A program made the translations under genes and the position numbers. 64,000 nucleotides of DNA from Micrococcus sp. (lineage in GTDB: Bacteria; Actinomycetota; Actinomycetes; Actinomycetales; Micrococcaceae): the NCBI RefSeq assembly GCF_030523875.1, contig NZ_JAUNHR010000001.1, positions 360 to 64,359 on the forward strand, read 5' to 3'. This document shows, piece after piece, positions 20,248 to 30,037 of this stretch (positions within the stretch are counted from its first letter, which is position 1; every line of letters begins with the position of its first letter). The notes below the pieces were generated by a model. It saw only the letters and a program-made list of their open reading frames with translations, made no database searches and had not been told where the DNA came from.

Positions 20248-23200
20248 TCAGGGCCGGGGCAGCTCCCGCAGTGCCTCCAGCAGCCCCTCGGCCCAGCCGT
20301 CCCAGGCGTGGCCCCGGGCGTGCCGGACCGCCGCCGGGGACATCGCCGCCCAGGCCGCCCGGTCATCCCGGATCCCGGCGAGGGCGTCCGCCCACGCCTC
20401 GGCGGTGTTGGGCCGTACGAGCAGCCCCGTGACGCCGTGCTGGACGGCGTGCACGAGCCCGCCCACCCGGTGCGCCAGCACCGGGGTGCCGCAGGCCTGC
20501 GCCTCCACGGCCACCAGTCCGTAGGTCTCCGAGGCGCTCGGCATGGCGACGGCGTCGGCGCCCCGCATCTGCTCCGCGAGCCGCTCCGGCGGCACCGGGG
20601 CGGACACGCTCACCAGGTCGGCCACGCCCCGCTCGGCGGCGAGGGCGAGGATGTCCGGCGCGTCGGGCCCGGAGGCCTCCCCGTTGACGTGCACCCGCAC
20701 ACCCGGGTCCCTTCCTTCGGCGCGTTCCCGCAGCTCGGCGAGGGCCGCCACGAGCAGGTGCGGGCCCTTGTGGGTCTGCACGCGTCCGGCGAAGAGCACC
20801 CGCAGCGGCGCGTCGTCGCCGTGGCCGGCGTCGTCCTCCGGGCCGGGCCAGGCGGCGGGTCCCTCGGGGGTGAAGACGTCGAGGTCCACCCCGGGCGGCA
20901 GCACCCGCAGCCGGCGGCGGTCCACCTCGAACAGGTCGTTCAGCTCGCGGGCCTCGGCGGGGGAGTTGACCACGAGCAGGTCCGCGGCGTGGACCAGCTC
21001 GGCCTCGGCCTCGAGGCGCTCGGGCGGCTCGGTGTGGCTCTCGTCCTCGACCACCTTCACGGCGCCCGTGGTGTGCATGGTCTGCAGCAGCGGGGCGGCG
21101 AGGTCCTCGGCGAGCGCCGCGGCGGTGGCGGCCGAGAGCCAGTAGTGGCCGTGGACGAAGGCCACGCGGCGCGCCCGTTCCCGGGCTCCGGCGTCAGCGC
21201 CCAGCAGGGGGCCGCCGGGGACGGCGTCCGAGGCCAGCCAGGTGCGGGCCGCGGCGGTGAAGGCGGCGCGGTGCACCGCGAGCTCCTCCTTGGCGACGGG
21301 TCCGTCCGGGCCGACGGGCAGCTCCACCACGGTCACGCCGGGGGCGTCGCCCTCGGCGGGCAGCTCGGTGACGCGGGCCGCGGCGCCGCCCAGCGGCTCC
21401 TCCGCGCGGGTCAGCAGCAGCATGCGCAGCCCCCGGCGGGCCAGGGCGCGGGCCGACTGGCGGACGTACACGTTCATGCCGCCCGCGTCCCCGCGCCCGG
21501 GCTGGGCGAGGGGGGAGGTGTGCAGGGAGACGGCCACGCCGACCGGCTCCGCCCCGCACAGCTCGGCGTCCACGGCGTCGTAGAGCCGGGCCACCGAGGG
21601 GGTGCGCGGCAGGTCCTCGACCGTGAGCGTGCGCCCGTCCGGATCGCCCAGGGGCACGGTCCAGTTGGGGTACTGCTCCTGCAGGGTGCCGGGCTGGTTC
21701 TGGATGCGCCGCTCGCCCACGGCGTCCACGAGGGCCACGCAGTGCAGGGCGGAGGGGGCCTGTGCCAGCAGGCGGTGCAGGCCCACCACCCGGTCCTCGC
21801 GGGTCTCGGCGCCGTCCGGGCCGGTGGCCTCGAGCACCCCCCGCTCGCGCGCGGCGGTGAGGAACGCCTCCACCTCCGCGGCGGAGCGCTCCCGCTCCCG
21901 GGCAACGTCCACGGTGTACAGGCCCAGTCGCTCGCGCAGGTCCAGGTGCACGCCCTCGAGGTAGCCGGCGGTGGGCGGCAGGTCGTGGGTGTTGACGGCG
22001 GCCAGGCACAGGCGCCGGTAGCGCTCCGGCGCAGTGGGCACGCCGTCCTCCTGCTCGAACCACAGGATGGAGGTGCCCAGGATCCCGGCCTCGGCCAGGC
22101 GGCGCTGCACCCACGGCTCGAAGGTGCCCAGGTCCTCGCCGATCACCACGACGCCGGCCCGCTGGGCCTCCAGCGTCAGGACGGCCAGCAGCACCTCGTG
22201 GTCGTACTCGACGTACGCGCCCTCGGGCGCGCCCATGCCGTCCGGGATCCACCACAGGCGGAACAGCCCGAGGACGTGGTCCATGCGCAGCCCGCCGGCG
22301 TGGGCGATCACGGTGCGCACCATGTCCCGGAACGCGGCGTAGCCGGTCTCGGCCAGGCACACGGGGTGCCAGGGGTGCTGGGACCAGTCCTGGCCCAGCT
22401 GGTTGAACACCTCGGGGGGTGCGCCCACGGACATGCCGGGCACGAGCACGTCCCCGAGCATCCAGGCGTCGGCGGAGCCGCGCGTCGCCCCGACGGCGAG
22501 GTCGAGCATCACGCCCAGGCGCATGCCCGCGGCGCGAGCCCGGTCCTGGGCGGAGGCGAGCTGGCCGTCGGCGACCCACTGCACCCAGCGGTGGAAGTCG
22601 ACGTCGTCGGCCCGTTCGGCGCGCACACGCTCGGCCTCCGCACCGCCCGGGACCCAGTCGGGGTCCTGCGGGCGTGGCGCGGGGGAGGAGGGGTCAGCGG
22701 CCTGGGCGTCGAGCCGCAGGACGGACCACAGGGCGAAGTCGTCCAGGCCCGGGCCCTGCCGACGGCGGAACTCCGCGTAGTCGGCCTCCCGCTCGGGGGT
22801 GCGGGGCGCCTGCCAGACCCGGCGCAGCGCCGGCCACAGGGCGGCCGCGGCCGCGGAGCGGTCCACGCGGCCGCCCTCGAGCAGGGCGGCCTGGGCCCGG
22901 GCGCCGGCGGCGCGCAGCTCCGCCTGCTCGTCCGCAGGCAGGGCCGCGAACTCGGGGATATCGGTCACCCGGATCAGGAGGGCGGAGAGGAACCGCCGGG
23001 ACACGGGGGAGTAGGGGGAGTCCGTGGGGTGCGGGCCCGGCTCGATCGCGTGCAGGGGGTGCAGCAGGACGAAGTCCGCCCCGTGGCCGGCGGCGTGCTC
23101 GGCCACCGCGGCGGCGTCGGCAACGTCGCCCACGCCCCACGAGTCGGCCGAGGTCACCGAGTAGCCCTGGGCGGCGACGCCCCAGCCCCGGCGGGCCAGG

Positions 23201-23715
23201 AACGGGGCCGTGGTGGTGAGCCGGTCCGGGGCGCAGATCAGCGTGGCGGTGTGGGTGGAGCCGGTGCCGCTGACCACCTCCAGCCGGTGCCAGCCCAGGG
23301 GCAGGTCGGCCGGGATCTCGAGGTCGTGGCGCACGCGCTCCTGGCCGTCCACGAGGCGGGGCTGGCCGACGGGGGCGGTCGCGACGAGCTCCCGCTCCTG
23401 CCCCTCCTCGGTGCGGACCACGGCCGTGAGCCCGGCGTCGGGCGCCAGGTGCACCGGCACGGTCTTGCGGTGCCCGCGGCGCACGGCCACGGTGGGCGGC
23501 AGCACGCGGCGCCAGGGGGCGTCCTGGGCGTCCTCGAGGGCGGTGGTCAGGCCGACGACCCCGTGTGGGTCCACCTCGACGCCCAGGGCGGCGAGCACAC
23601 GGACGAGGGTCTCGTCCCCGACGGACTGCTCCGAGCCGTCCTGCCCCGTGTACCGGGTCTGCACGCCGTGCGCGCGGGCCAGCCTGTGCAGGAGCGTGCG
23701 TGCGTTCTCAGCCAT
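20248..23715 (-). CDS. malQ: 4-alpha-glucanotransferase (MalQ, GH77) fused in-frame to an MshA-like GT4 glycosyltransferase
   Basis: N-terminal ~726 aa is amylomaltase (VIGEDLGTFEPWVQ, ILWFEQEDG). C-terminal ~429 aa is MshA-like (SLHTSPLAQPGRGDAGGMNVYV, FAGRVQTHKGP, EAQACGTPVLAHRVGG). Single open frame. Junction at 21535-21561. Confidence 0.7.
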   Translation of the reverse strand: MAENARTLLHRLARAHGVQTRYTGQDGSEQSVGDETLVRVLAALGVEVDPHGVVGLTTALEDAQDAPWRRVLPPTVAVRRGHRKTVPVHLAPDAGLTAVVRTEEGQERELVATAPVGQPRLVDGQERVRHDLEIPADLPLGWHRLEVVSGTGSTHTATLICAPDRLTTTAPFLARRGWGVAAQGYSVTSADSWGVGDVADAAAVAEHAAGHGADFVLLHPLHAIEPGPHPTDSPYSPVSRRFLSALLIRVTDIPEFAALPADEQAELRAAGARAQAALLEGGRVDRSAAAAALWPALRRVWQAPRTPEREADYAEFRRRQGPGLDDFALWSVLRLDAQAADPSSPAPRPQDPDWVPGGAEAERVRAERADDVDFHRWVQWVADGQLASAQDRARAAGMRLGVMLDLAVGATRGSADAWMLGDVLVPGMSVGAPPEVFNQLGQDWSQHPWHPVCLAETGYAAFRDMVRTVIAHAGGLRMDHVLGLFRLWWIPDGMGAPEGAYVEYDHEVLLAVLTLEAQRAGVVVIGEDLGTFEPWVQRRLAEAGILGTSILWFEQEDGVPTAPERYRRLCLAAVNTHDLPPTAGYLEGVHLDLRERLGLYTVDVARERERSAAEVEAFLTAARERGVLEATGPDGAETREDRVVGLHRLLAQAPSALHCVALVDAVGERRIQNQPGTLQEQYPNWTVPLGDPDGRTLTVEDLPRTPSVARLYDAVDAELCGAEPVGVAVSLHTSPLAQPGRGDAGGMNVYVRQSARALARRGLRMLLLTRAEEPLGGAAARVTELPAEGDAPGVTVVELPVGPDGPVAKEELAVHRAAFTAAARTWLASDAVPGGPLLGADAGARERARRVAFVHGHYWLSAATAAALAEDLAAPLLQTMHTTGAVKVVEDESHTEPPERLEAEAELVHAADLLVVNSPAEARELNDLFEVDRRRLRVLPPGVDLDVFTPEGPAAWPGPEDDAGHGDDAPLRVLFAGRVQTHKGPHLLVAALAELRERAEGRDPGVRVHVNGEASGPDAPDILALAAERGVADLVSVSAPVPPERLAEQMRGADAVAMPSASETYGLVAVEAQACGTPVLAHRVGGLVHAVQHGVTGLLVRPNTAEAWADALAGIRDDRAAWAAMSPAAVRHARGHAWDGWAEGLLEALRELPRP

Positions 23716-23903
23716 GTCCGTGAAGTCCTCCGTCGCCGTCGCCGGGTGTGCGCGGCCCGGGCCCGGCGGCGCACACGTGTCTCCACTCTAGGCGGAGCCG
23801 CAGGCCGGGGCGGTGGGGATGCACCGCCGTCGTCCGGCGACACGGGGGGCAGACGACGACGGCCCCGGTCCGCAGGGACCGGGGCCGTCGTGCTGATGAG
23901 CAG

Positions 23904-23988
23904 TGCGCGAGGGGGGACTTGAACCCCCACGTCCTTTTGGGACACAGCGACCTCAACGCTGCGCGTCTACCAATTCCGCCACTCGCGC
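23904..23988 (-). tRNA. tRNA-Leu (anticodon GAG)
   Basis: Reverse complement GCGCGAGTGGCGGAATTGGTAGACGCGCAGCGTTGAGGTCGCTGTGTCCCAAAAGGACGTGGGGGTTCAAGTCCCCCCTCGCGCA. 7-bp acceptor stem, D-arm GCGG/AATTGGTAG, anticodon loop TTGAGGT, long variable arm, T-arm GGGGG/TTCAAGT/CCCCC. No encoded CCA. Confidence 0.85.
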
Positions 23989-24108
23989 TCACCCGTGGAT
24001 CCCCGCCGGAGCGGTGATCCGAGCGCCTCCGTCCGACCCTGATCTCTCAGCGTCCTCGGGAAGGCAACTCGAGAACAGTAGCACGCCCCCGGCGGTAGGC
24101 TCAAATCC

Positions 24109-25431
24109 ATGGTCGACCACGCCCCTGAGACCCCGTCCACCCCCGACGCCGACGTCGTGCAGATCTGCCGCGACCTGATCCGGATCGACACGACCAACCG
24201 CGGCGGCAACGTGTCCGTCGGCGAGCCCGAGGCCGCCGAGCTCTGCGCGGAGCTGATGCGCCGGGCGGGCATGGAGCCACGCCTGTTCGAGTCCTCGCCC
24301 GGCCGCGTCTCCGTCGTCGGGCACCTGTCCGGCTGGGACCCCGAGGCGCCGGGCCTGGTGGTGCACGGGCACACGGACGTCGTCCCGGCCGAGGCGGAGG
24401 AGTGGTCGGTGGATCCCTTCGGCGCCGAGCTGAAGGACGGGATGGTCTGGGGCCGCGGCGCCGTGGACATGAAGGGCATGGACGCCATGGTGCTGTCCGT
24501 CCTTCTGCACCTGGCACGCACGGGACGGCGCCCCCGGCGACCGCTCACCGTCGCCTTCTTCGGGGACGAGGAGGCCGGCGGTGTGTACGGGGCGCGCTGG
24601 ATCGTGGACCACCACCCCGAGGTCTTCGAGGGGTGCACGGAGGCGATCAGCGAGGTGGGCGGCTTCTCCACGGAGGTGGCCGGCACCCGCGCGTACCTCG
24701 TGCAGACCGCCGAGAAGGGCCTGGTCTGGCTGAACCTGCGGGCCGAGGGCGCCCCCGGTCACGGCTCCGCGCCGCACCCGGACAACGCCGTCACCCGCCT
24801 GGCCGGGGCCCTGGACCGCATCGGTCGGCACGAGTGGCCGCTGACGTACACCAAGACCACCCGCCAGCTGCTCGAGTCGGTGGCCGAGATCACCGGCGTC
24901 CCCTTCGACGAGGCCGACCCGACGCCGCAGCTCGAGGCCCTCGGCCACGCCCGCACCTGGGTGGCCGGCACCCTGCGCACCTCCTCCAACCCCACCGGCA
25001 TGAGCGCGGGGTACAAGCACAACGTCATCCCGTCCTCGGCCACCGGCACCGTGGACGTGCGCCTCATCCCCGGCGAGGAGGAGCAGACCCTGCAGCGGCT
25101 CGCAGAGCTCGCGGGGGAGGGCGTGGCCTTCACGCCCGAGCACCAGGACATCGGTCTCGAGGTGCCCTTCTCCGGCGACCTCGTGGAGCTCATGGTGGAC
25201 GCGCTGCAGGCCGAGGACCCGGGCGCCGAGGTGCTGCCCTTCATGCTCGGCGGCGGCACGGACAACAAGTCCCTGGCCCGGCTCGGCATCACCGGATACG
25301 GCTTCAGCCCCCTGCGCCTGCCCCCGGACCTGGCGTTCACGTCCCTCTTCCATGGCATCGACGAGCGCGTCCCCGTGGACGCCCTGCGCTTCGGCTGCCG
25401 TGTCCTCGAGCGGATGCTCGAGCCGCGCTGA
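24109..25431 (+). CDS. M20/M25/M40 family metallo-hydrolase (dipeptidase / DapE-like)
   Basis: GHTDVVP, GRGAVDMKG and FFGDEE metal-binding motifs. 440 aa. Confidence 0.8.
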   Translation: MVDHAPETPSTPDADVVQICRDLIRIDTTNRGGNVSVGEPEAAELCAELMRRAGMEPRLFESSPGRVSVVGHLSGWDPEAPGLVVHGHTDVVPAEAEEWSVDPFGAELKDGMVWGRGAVDMKGMDAMVLSVLLHLARTGRRPRRPLTVAFFGDEEAGGVYGARWIVDHHPEVFEGCTEAISEVGGFSTEVAGTRAYLVQTAEKGLVWLNLRAEGAPGHGSAPHPDNAVTRLAGALDRIGRHEWPLTYTKTTRQLLESVAEITGVPFDEADPTPQLEALGHARTWVAGTLRTSSNPTGMSAGYKHNVIPSSATGTVDVRLIPGEEEQTLQRLAELAGEGVAFTPEHQDIGLEVPFSGDLVELMVDALQAEDPGAEVLPFMLGGGTDNKSLARLGITGYGFSPLRLPPDLAFTSLFHGIDERVPVDALRFGCRVLERMLEPR

Positions 25432-25475
25432 GGGCGGAGGCCGACGACGGCGGTGCGCGCCGTCGTCGTCCGGGC

Positions 25476-25724
25476 TCAGCCGGCGTCCAGGGTGGACGCC
25501 ACCCGCATGACGCGCCGTCGCATCCAGTGCCGGCGGGCGCCACCGCGGTAGTGCACGGAGCGCTGGAGCTCCCAGCCGCCGTACTCGGCGTGGTCCACGA
25601 GGCGGCGGCGGGCGTCGCCGAGCGACTCGTGGGGCGCCACGGTGAGGACGAGGTACTCCCACTTCTGGCCGCGGGTGATGGAGTCCAGGGTCGAGGACAT
25701 GAGCTGCTCACGCATGGCAACCAT
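25476..25724 (-). CDS. conserved actinobacterial hypothetical protein (DUF5703-like)
   Basis: MVAMREQLMSSTLDSITRGQKWEYLVLTVAPHESLGDARRRLVDHAEYGGWELQRSVHYRGGARRHWMRRRVMR. Internal ATG chosen; the upstream part of the ORF is Arg/Ala junk. Confidence 0.45.
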   Translation of the reverse strand: MVAMREQLMSSTLDSITRGQKWEYLVLTVAPHESLGDARRRLVDHAEYGGWELQRSVHYRGGARRHWMRRRVMRVASTLDAG

Positions 25725-25803
25725 GCTGGCAGACGACCGACCCGGCCGCCGCACCGGCACGGCCGCCCTGGTCGGAGCGGGGTGGGCGGGATACGGTGCA
25801 CCC

Positions 25804-26034
25804 ATGAGCTCTGACGCCCGCACCGCCCTCGAGGCCCTCACCTCCGCCCTCAACGAGCACCTCGTGGCCGCCCAGAACCGCCGCGGCGAGGACGATCCGG
25901 CCGTCGAGGCCGCGTTCTTCGCCGTCGCCGACGCGTTCGAGGCCTACGAGGACGCCCTCTACGCCGAGACCGAGGAGGTCACCCCGCTGGACCTCTTCGA
26001 CGACGAGGACGAGGACCTCTCCGACCAGGACTGA
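25804..26034 (+). CDS. small acidic hypothetical protein
   Basis: MSSDARTALEALTSALNEHLVAAQNRRGEDDPAVEAAFFAVADAFEAYEDALYAETEEVTPLDLFDDEDEDLSDQD. 76 aa, divergent from the previous gene. Confidence 0.4.
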   Translation: MSSDARTALEALTSALNEHLVAAQNRRGEDDPAVEAAFFAVADAFEAYEDALYAETEEVTPLDLFDDEDEDLSDQD

Positions 26035-26124
26035 CCGTCGCGCTCCACCGGCTGACAGGCGCCGTCCGAGCCCTGGGTCACGGCCCCGGGGAACGTCCGG
26101 GACCATGACGTACAGTGACCCCTC

Positions 26125-26958
26125 GTGACGTGGATCGAAGCAATCATCCTGGGCCTGGTGCAGGGCCTGACCGAGTTCCTGCCCGTCTCCTCCTCGGCGC
26201 ATCTGCGCATCGTGGGCGAGTTCCTCCCGTCGGCGGCCGACCCCGGGGCGGCGTTCACGGCCATCACCCAGCTGGGCACCGAGCTGGCGGTCCTGATCTA
26301 CTTCTGGAAGGACATCACCCGGATCGCCGGGCGGTGGTTCCAGGCCCTCGCCGGCCGTGTGCCGCACTCCGATCCGGACGTGCGCATGGGCTGGCTGATC
26401 ATCATCGGCTCGGTCCCGATCGGCGTGCTCGGCCTCCTGCTCGAGGACTGGATCGACACCGAGTTCCGCTCGCTGTGGATCACCGCCACCATGCTGATCG
26501 TCTTCGGCGTCCTCCTCGCCCTGGCCGACCGGCTCGGCCGGCAGACCAAGCCCCTGACCCGGCTGACCGTGAAGGACGGCCTGGTCTTCGGCTTGGCCCA
26601 GGCCCTCGCCCTGATCCCGGGCGTCTCCCGCTCCGGCGGCACGATCACCGCCGGCCTGGCCATGGGCTACACCCGTGAGGCCGCCGCGCGCTACGCGTTC
26701 CTGCTGGCCGTGCCCGCCGTGTTCGCCTCGGGGCTGTACAAGCTCGCCCAGGTCCTCACGGAGCCGGGACAGCAGGGCCCGTACGGCATGGGGGAGACCG
26801 CCCTGGCCACCGTGATCGCGTTCGGGGTGGGCTTCGCGGTCATCGCCTGGCTCATGAAGTTCATCACCACCAACTCGTACATGCCGTTCGTCTGGTACCG
26901 GATCGCCCTCGGCCTGGGCCTCTACGCCCTGCTCGCCGCGGGTCTCATCTCCGCCTGA
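26125..26958 (+). CDS. uppP: undecaprenyl-diphosphate phosphatase
   Basis: GTG start. [16 protein letters not shown] and [14 protein letters not shown] are BacA/UppP signature motifs. 8 TM. Confidence 0.9.
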   Translation: MTWIEAIILGLVQGLTEFLPVSSSAHLRIVGEFLPSAADPGAAFTAITQLGTELAVLIYFWKDITRIAGRWFQALAGRVPHSDPDVRMGWLIIIGSVPIGVLGLLLEDWIDTEFRSLWITATMLIVFGVLLALADRLGRQTKPLTRLTVKDGLVFGLAQALALIPGVSRSGGTITAGLAMGYTREAAARYAFLLAVPAVFASGLYKLAQVLTEPGQQGPYGMGETALATVIAFGVGFAVIAWLMKFITTNSYMPFVWYRIALGLGLYALLAAGLISA

Positions 26959-27001
26959 CCCCGGCCCGTCCCACCCCTCCGCCGCCCACCACAGGAGCAC
27001 C

Positions 27002-28267
27002 GTGAAGTCCTGGTCCACCCCCGCGCCCGCCCCCCTGCCCGTGCAGCCGGACCGGCTGCGGGTGTTCGACACGGCCACGCAGTCCCTCCGACACCCCGGC
27101 AACGACGCCGAGCGCTCCTCCCTGTACGTCTGCGGCATCACCCCGTACGACGCCACCCACCTGGGCCACGCCACCACGTACGTCTCCTTCGACCTCCTCC
27201 AGCGCTACTGGCGGGCCGCCGGGCTGGAGGTGGCGTACACGCAGAACGTCACGGACGTGGACGACCCGCTGCTCGAGCGCGCGGAGGCCACCGGCGTGGA
27301 CTGGCGCGAGCTCGCCGCGGACCAGACCGAGCTGTTCCGCACGGACATGGCCGCGCTGAACGTCCTGGCACCGGACCACTACGTCGGCGCCACGGAGGCG
27401 ATCGACCTGGTGGTGGACGCCGTGGAGGCGATGCTGGCCGACGGTCTGGCGTACCGCGTCCCCGGCCGGGAGGGCGAGCCCGACGGTGACCTCTACTTCG
27501 ACGTGCGGGCAGCGGAGGCCCGGGGCGGCTGGCGTCTGGGGGAGATCGGCGCGCTGAGCGCCGACGAGATGGCGGAGGTCTTCCCCGAGCGCGGCGGCGA
27601 CCCGGACCGCCCGGGCAAGCGCGACCCCCTCGACCCGCTGCTGTGGCGCGTGCGCCGCGAGGGCGAGCCGTCCTGGGACGGCCGGACCCTCGGCGAGGGC
27701 CGGCCCGGCTGGCACATCGAGTGCTCCGTGATCGCCCGCGAGCACCTGCCCGCGCCGTTCACCGTGCAGGGCGGTGGCTCCGACCTGCGCTTCCCGCACC
27801 ACGAGTTCTCCGCCGCGCACGCCACGGCCGTGGACGGCCGCCCGCTGGCCCGCACCTACCTGCACTCCGGGATGGTGGCCCTGGACGGGCAGAAGATGTC
27901 CAAGTCGCTCGGGAACCTCGAGCTCGTGTCCCGCCTGCGTGCCCGCGGCGTCGAGCCGGTGGCCATCCGCGCCGCCCTCCTGGACCGCCACTACCGGTCC
28001 GACTGGGAGTGGTCCGAGGACCTGCTCGCCGGCGCCCAGGAGCGCCTGGCCCGCTGGCGTGCCGCCCTGGAGGGGCCCCACGCAGGCGCCGGACGCGCCG
28101 TCCTGGCCGCCGCGCACACGGCGCTCTCCGAGGACCTCGACGCCCCCGCCGCGCTGCGCGTGCTCGATGCCTGGGCCGCAGGCGAGCTGCCCGGCCTCGA
28201 CGACGGGGCCGAGCCCCTCGACGTCGCCGTGGTGGCCGACGCGCTCCTGGGCCTGCGGCTGCGCTGA
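27002..28267 (+). CDS. mshC: L-cysteine:1D-myo-inositol 2-amino-2-deoxy-alpha-D-glucopyranoside ligase (mycothiol ligase)
   Basis: CysS paralogue of 421 aa (shorter than CysS). [53 protein letters not shown]. Near-collinear with M. tuberculosis MshC. Confidence 0.85.
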   Translation: MKSWSTPAPAPLPVQPDRLRVFDTATQSLRHPGNDAERSSLYVCGITPYDATHLGHATTYVSFDLLQRYWRAAGLEVAYTQNVTDVDDPLLERAEATGVDWRELAADQTELFRTDMAALNVLAPDHYVGATEAIDLVVDAVEAMLADGLAYRVPGREGEPDGDLYFDVRAAEARGGWRLGEIGALSADEMAEVFPERGGDPDRPGKRDPLDPLLWRVRREGEPSWDGRTLGEGRPGWHIECSVIAREHLPAPFTVQGGGSDLRFPHHEFSAAHATAVDGRPLARTYLHSGMVALDGQKMSKSLGNLELVSRLRARGVEPVAIRAALLDRHYRSDWEWSEDLLAGAQERLARWRAALEGPHAGAGRAVLAAAHTALSEDLDAPAALRVLDAWAAGELPGLDDGAEPLDVAVVADALLGLRLR

Positions 28268-28277
28268 CCCGCGGGGG

Positions 28278-29270
28278 TCAGCGCCCGCCGCGGCCGCGCA
28301 GGTACCGCTCGAACTCCCGGGCGATCTCCTCGCCGGACGCCTCGGGCAGCCCCTCCGCGTCCTGGCTGCGCTCCAGCCGTCTCACGTACGCGGCCACCTC
28401 GGGGTCCTCCCGGGCGAGCTCGTCCACACCCCGCTGCCAGGCCCGGGCGTCGTCGGCCAGCTCGTGGGTCATCACGGGCACGTGCAGCAGGTCCTCCACC
28501 GCCTCCACGAGGCCCAGCAGGGTCTTCGGGGAGGGCGCCTGGGCCACGTAGTGGGGGACCGCCCCCCACAGGGAGATGGAGGCGAACCCGCGGCGGGCCG
28601 ACTCGTCCGCCACGACCCCCACGATCCCGGTGGGCCCCTCGTACTCCGGCCGGCCGGCGTCGACGGCCACGCGCACGTCCACGAGCGGCGAGGTGGGCCG
28701 CGCCCGCAGCGGACGGGTGTGCGGCACGTCCGCCAGCAGCGCGCCCAGGGTGATCACCGCGTCCACGTCCTCGCCCGCGGCCAGGGTGAGCAGCTCGTCC
28801 ACGAACGGCCGCCAGCGCACGTTCGGCTCGACGCCCGAGGCCAGCAGCACCCGCAGCCCGTCGGCGGGGGCGTGCTCGTCCACGAGGGGCCGGCCGCGGG
28901 CGTCGAGGTGCACCTCGTGCAGGTCCAGCGCCGGCCACTGGAGGACGCCGAGCCCGTCCGGGTCCCGCCGGACCACGGGGCGGGTCACCTGGTAGTCGTA
29001 GTAGTCGCCGTCGCACACCCGGCCGGCCTCCGCGGCGTCCCACTGGGCGCGCAGGGCGGCCAGGGCCCCCGTGGCGGCCTCGCCGGCGTCGTTCCAGCCC
29101 TCGAAGGCCACCAGCAGGACCGTGGGAGGGCGCCGACCCGCCTCGAGGTCGGGCACCGTGGCCGTCAGGTGGGCGCGCAGGGCGCCGAGGCGGTCCTCGA
29201 CGGCGTCGGCCGGGAGGCCCTCGGCGGGCTCCCGCGGGTCCGGGGCGGGTGCATCGGTCATGCCCGCCAC
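28278..29270 (-). CDS. PAC2 (proteasome assembly chaperone 2-like) family protein
   Basis: 330 aa with the PAC2-family pattern (VLLVAFEGWNDAGEAATGA..., GIVGVVADESARRGFASISLWGAVPHY). Confidence 0.7.
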   Translation of the reverse strand: MAGMTDAPAPDPREPAEGLPADAVEDRLGALRAHLTATVPDLEAGRRPPTVLLVAFEGWNDAGEAATGALAALRAQWDAAEAGRVCDGDYYDYQVTRPVVRRDPDGLGVLQWPALDLHEVHLDARGRPLVDEHAPADGLRVLLASGVEPNVRWRPFVDELLTLAAGEDVDAVITLGALLADVPHTRPLRARPTSPLVDVRVAVDAGRPEYEGPTGIVGVVADESARRGFASISLWGAVPHYVAQAPSPKTLLGLVEAVEDLLHVPVMTHELADDARAWQRGVDELAREDPEVAAYVRRLERSQDAEGLPEASGEEIAREFERYLRGRGGR

Positions 29271-29332
29271 CCTAGGCGGGCCCGCGTCGCGGGGTCAGCC
29301 CCGAGGCCGCGCCCCGTCGTACGCTCGATAGG

Positions 29333-30037
29333 ATGACGGGCATGTCCGCCCCCTCCGAGCACCCCGCCCTGCCCGCCGCCGTGCTGTGGGACATGGACGG
29401 GACCCTCGTGGACACCGAGCCGCTCTGGAACGCCGTCCAGCGCCGGCTGGTGGAGGAGCACGGCGGCCGCTGGTCGGAGGAGCTGGCCGCCTCGCTCGTC
29501 GGCCGTCCCCTCGACGAGGGCGCCCGTCGGCTGCAGGAGGCCGGGCTGGACCTGCCGGTCGAGGAGGTCATCGCGCTCACGATGGGCGAGGTGGCCCGCG
29601 GCGTCGCCGACGCCCCTCCGTGGCGTCCCGGCGCCCACGAGCTGCTGACGGCCCAGGCCGAGGCCGGCGTGCCCGGGGCCCTCGTGACCATGTCCCATGC
29701 CCCCCTGGCGCGCGTGCTCGCGGAGCAGGCCCCGGCGGGGGCGCTGCGCGTGGTCGTCACGGGGGACGAGGTGACCGCCGGCAAGCCCGATCCCGAGGCC
29801 TATCGGCTGGCCCTCACACGCCTGGGGCAGCACGTCCCCGGCCTCGCCGTCGAGGACTGCGTGGCCGTGGAGGACTCGCCGGTGGGCGTCGCCGCCGCCA
29901 TGGCGGCCGGCCTGCCCACCGTCGGGGTGCCGAGCGTGCTGCCGCTCGACGACGGCGCGGCCACGGTCCGGTGGGACACCCTGGCCGGACGCACCCTCGA
30001 CGACCTCGCCGCGGTCCGCCCGGGCGGGCGCCGATGA
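29333..30037 (+). CDS. HAD-IA family hydrolase
   Basis: DMDGTLVDTEP motif I, GKPDPEAY, VEDSPVGVAAAMAAGL motif IV. Confidence 0.75.
   Translation: MTGMSAPSEHPALPAAVLWDMDGTLVDTEPLWNAVQRRLVEEHGGRWSEELAASLVGRPLDEGARRLQEAGLDLPVEEVIALTMGEVARGVADAPPWRPGAHELLTAQAEAGVPGALVTMSHAPLARVLAEQAPAGALRVVVTGDEVTAGKPDPEAYRLALTRLGQHVPGLAVEDCVAVEDSPVGVAAAMAAGLPTVGVPSVLPLDDGAATVRWDTLAGRTLDDLAAVRPGGRR

Noticed and set aside
23716-24108. tRNA-associated integrated element or prophage next to tRNA-Leu.
   Set aside because: There is no integrase, no repeat of the tRNA 3' end, and no compositional shift. The flanking genes (malQ fusion, M20 peptidase) are ordinary chromosomal genes.
23903-24178. 91-aa plus-strand ORF overlapping the tRNA-Leu gene.
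   Set aside because: It is the complement of a well-folded tRNA. A spurious ORF.
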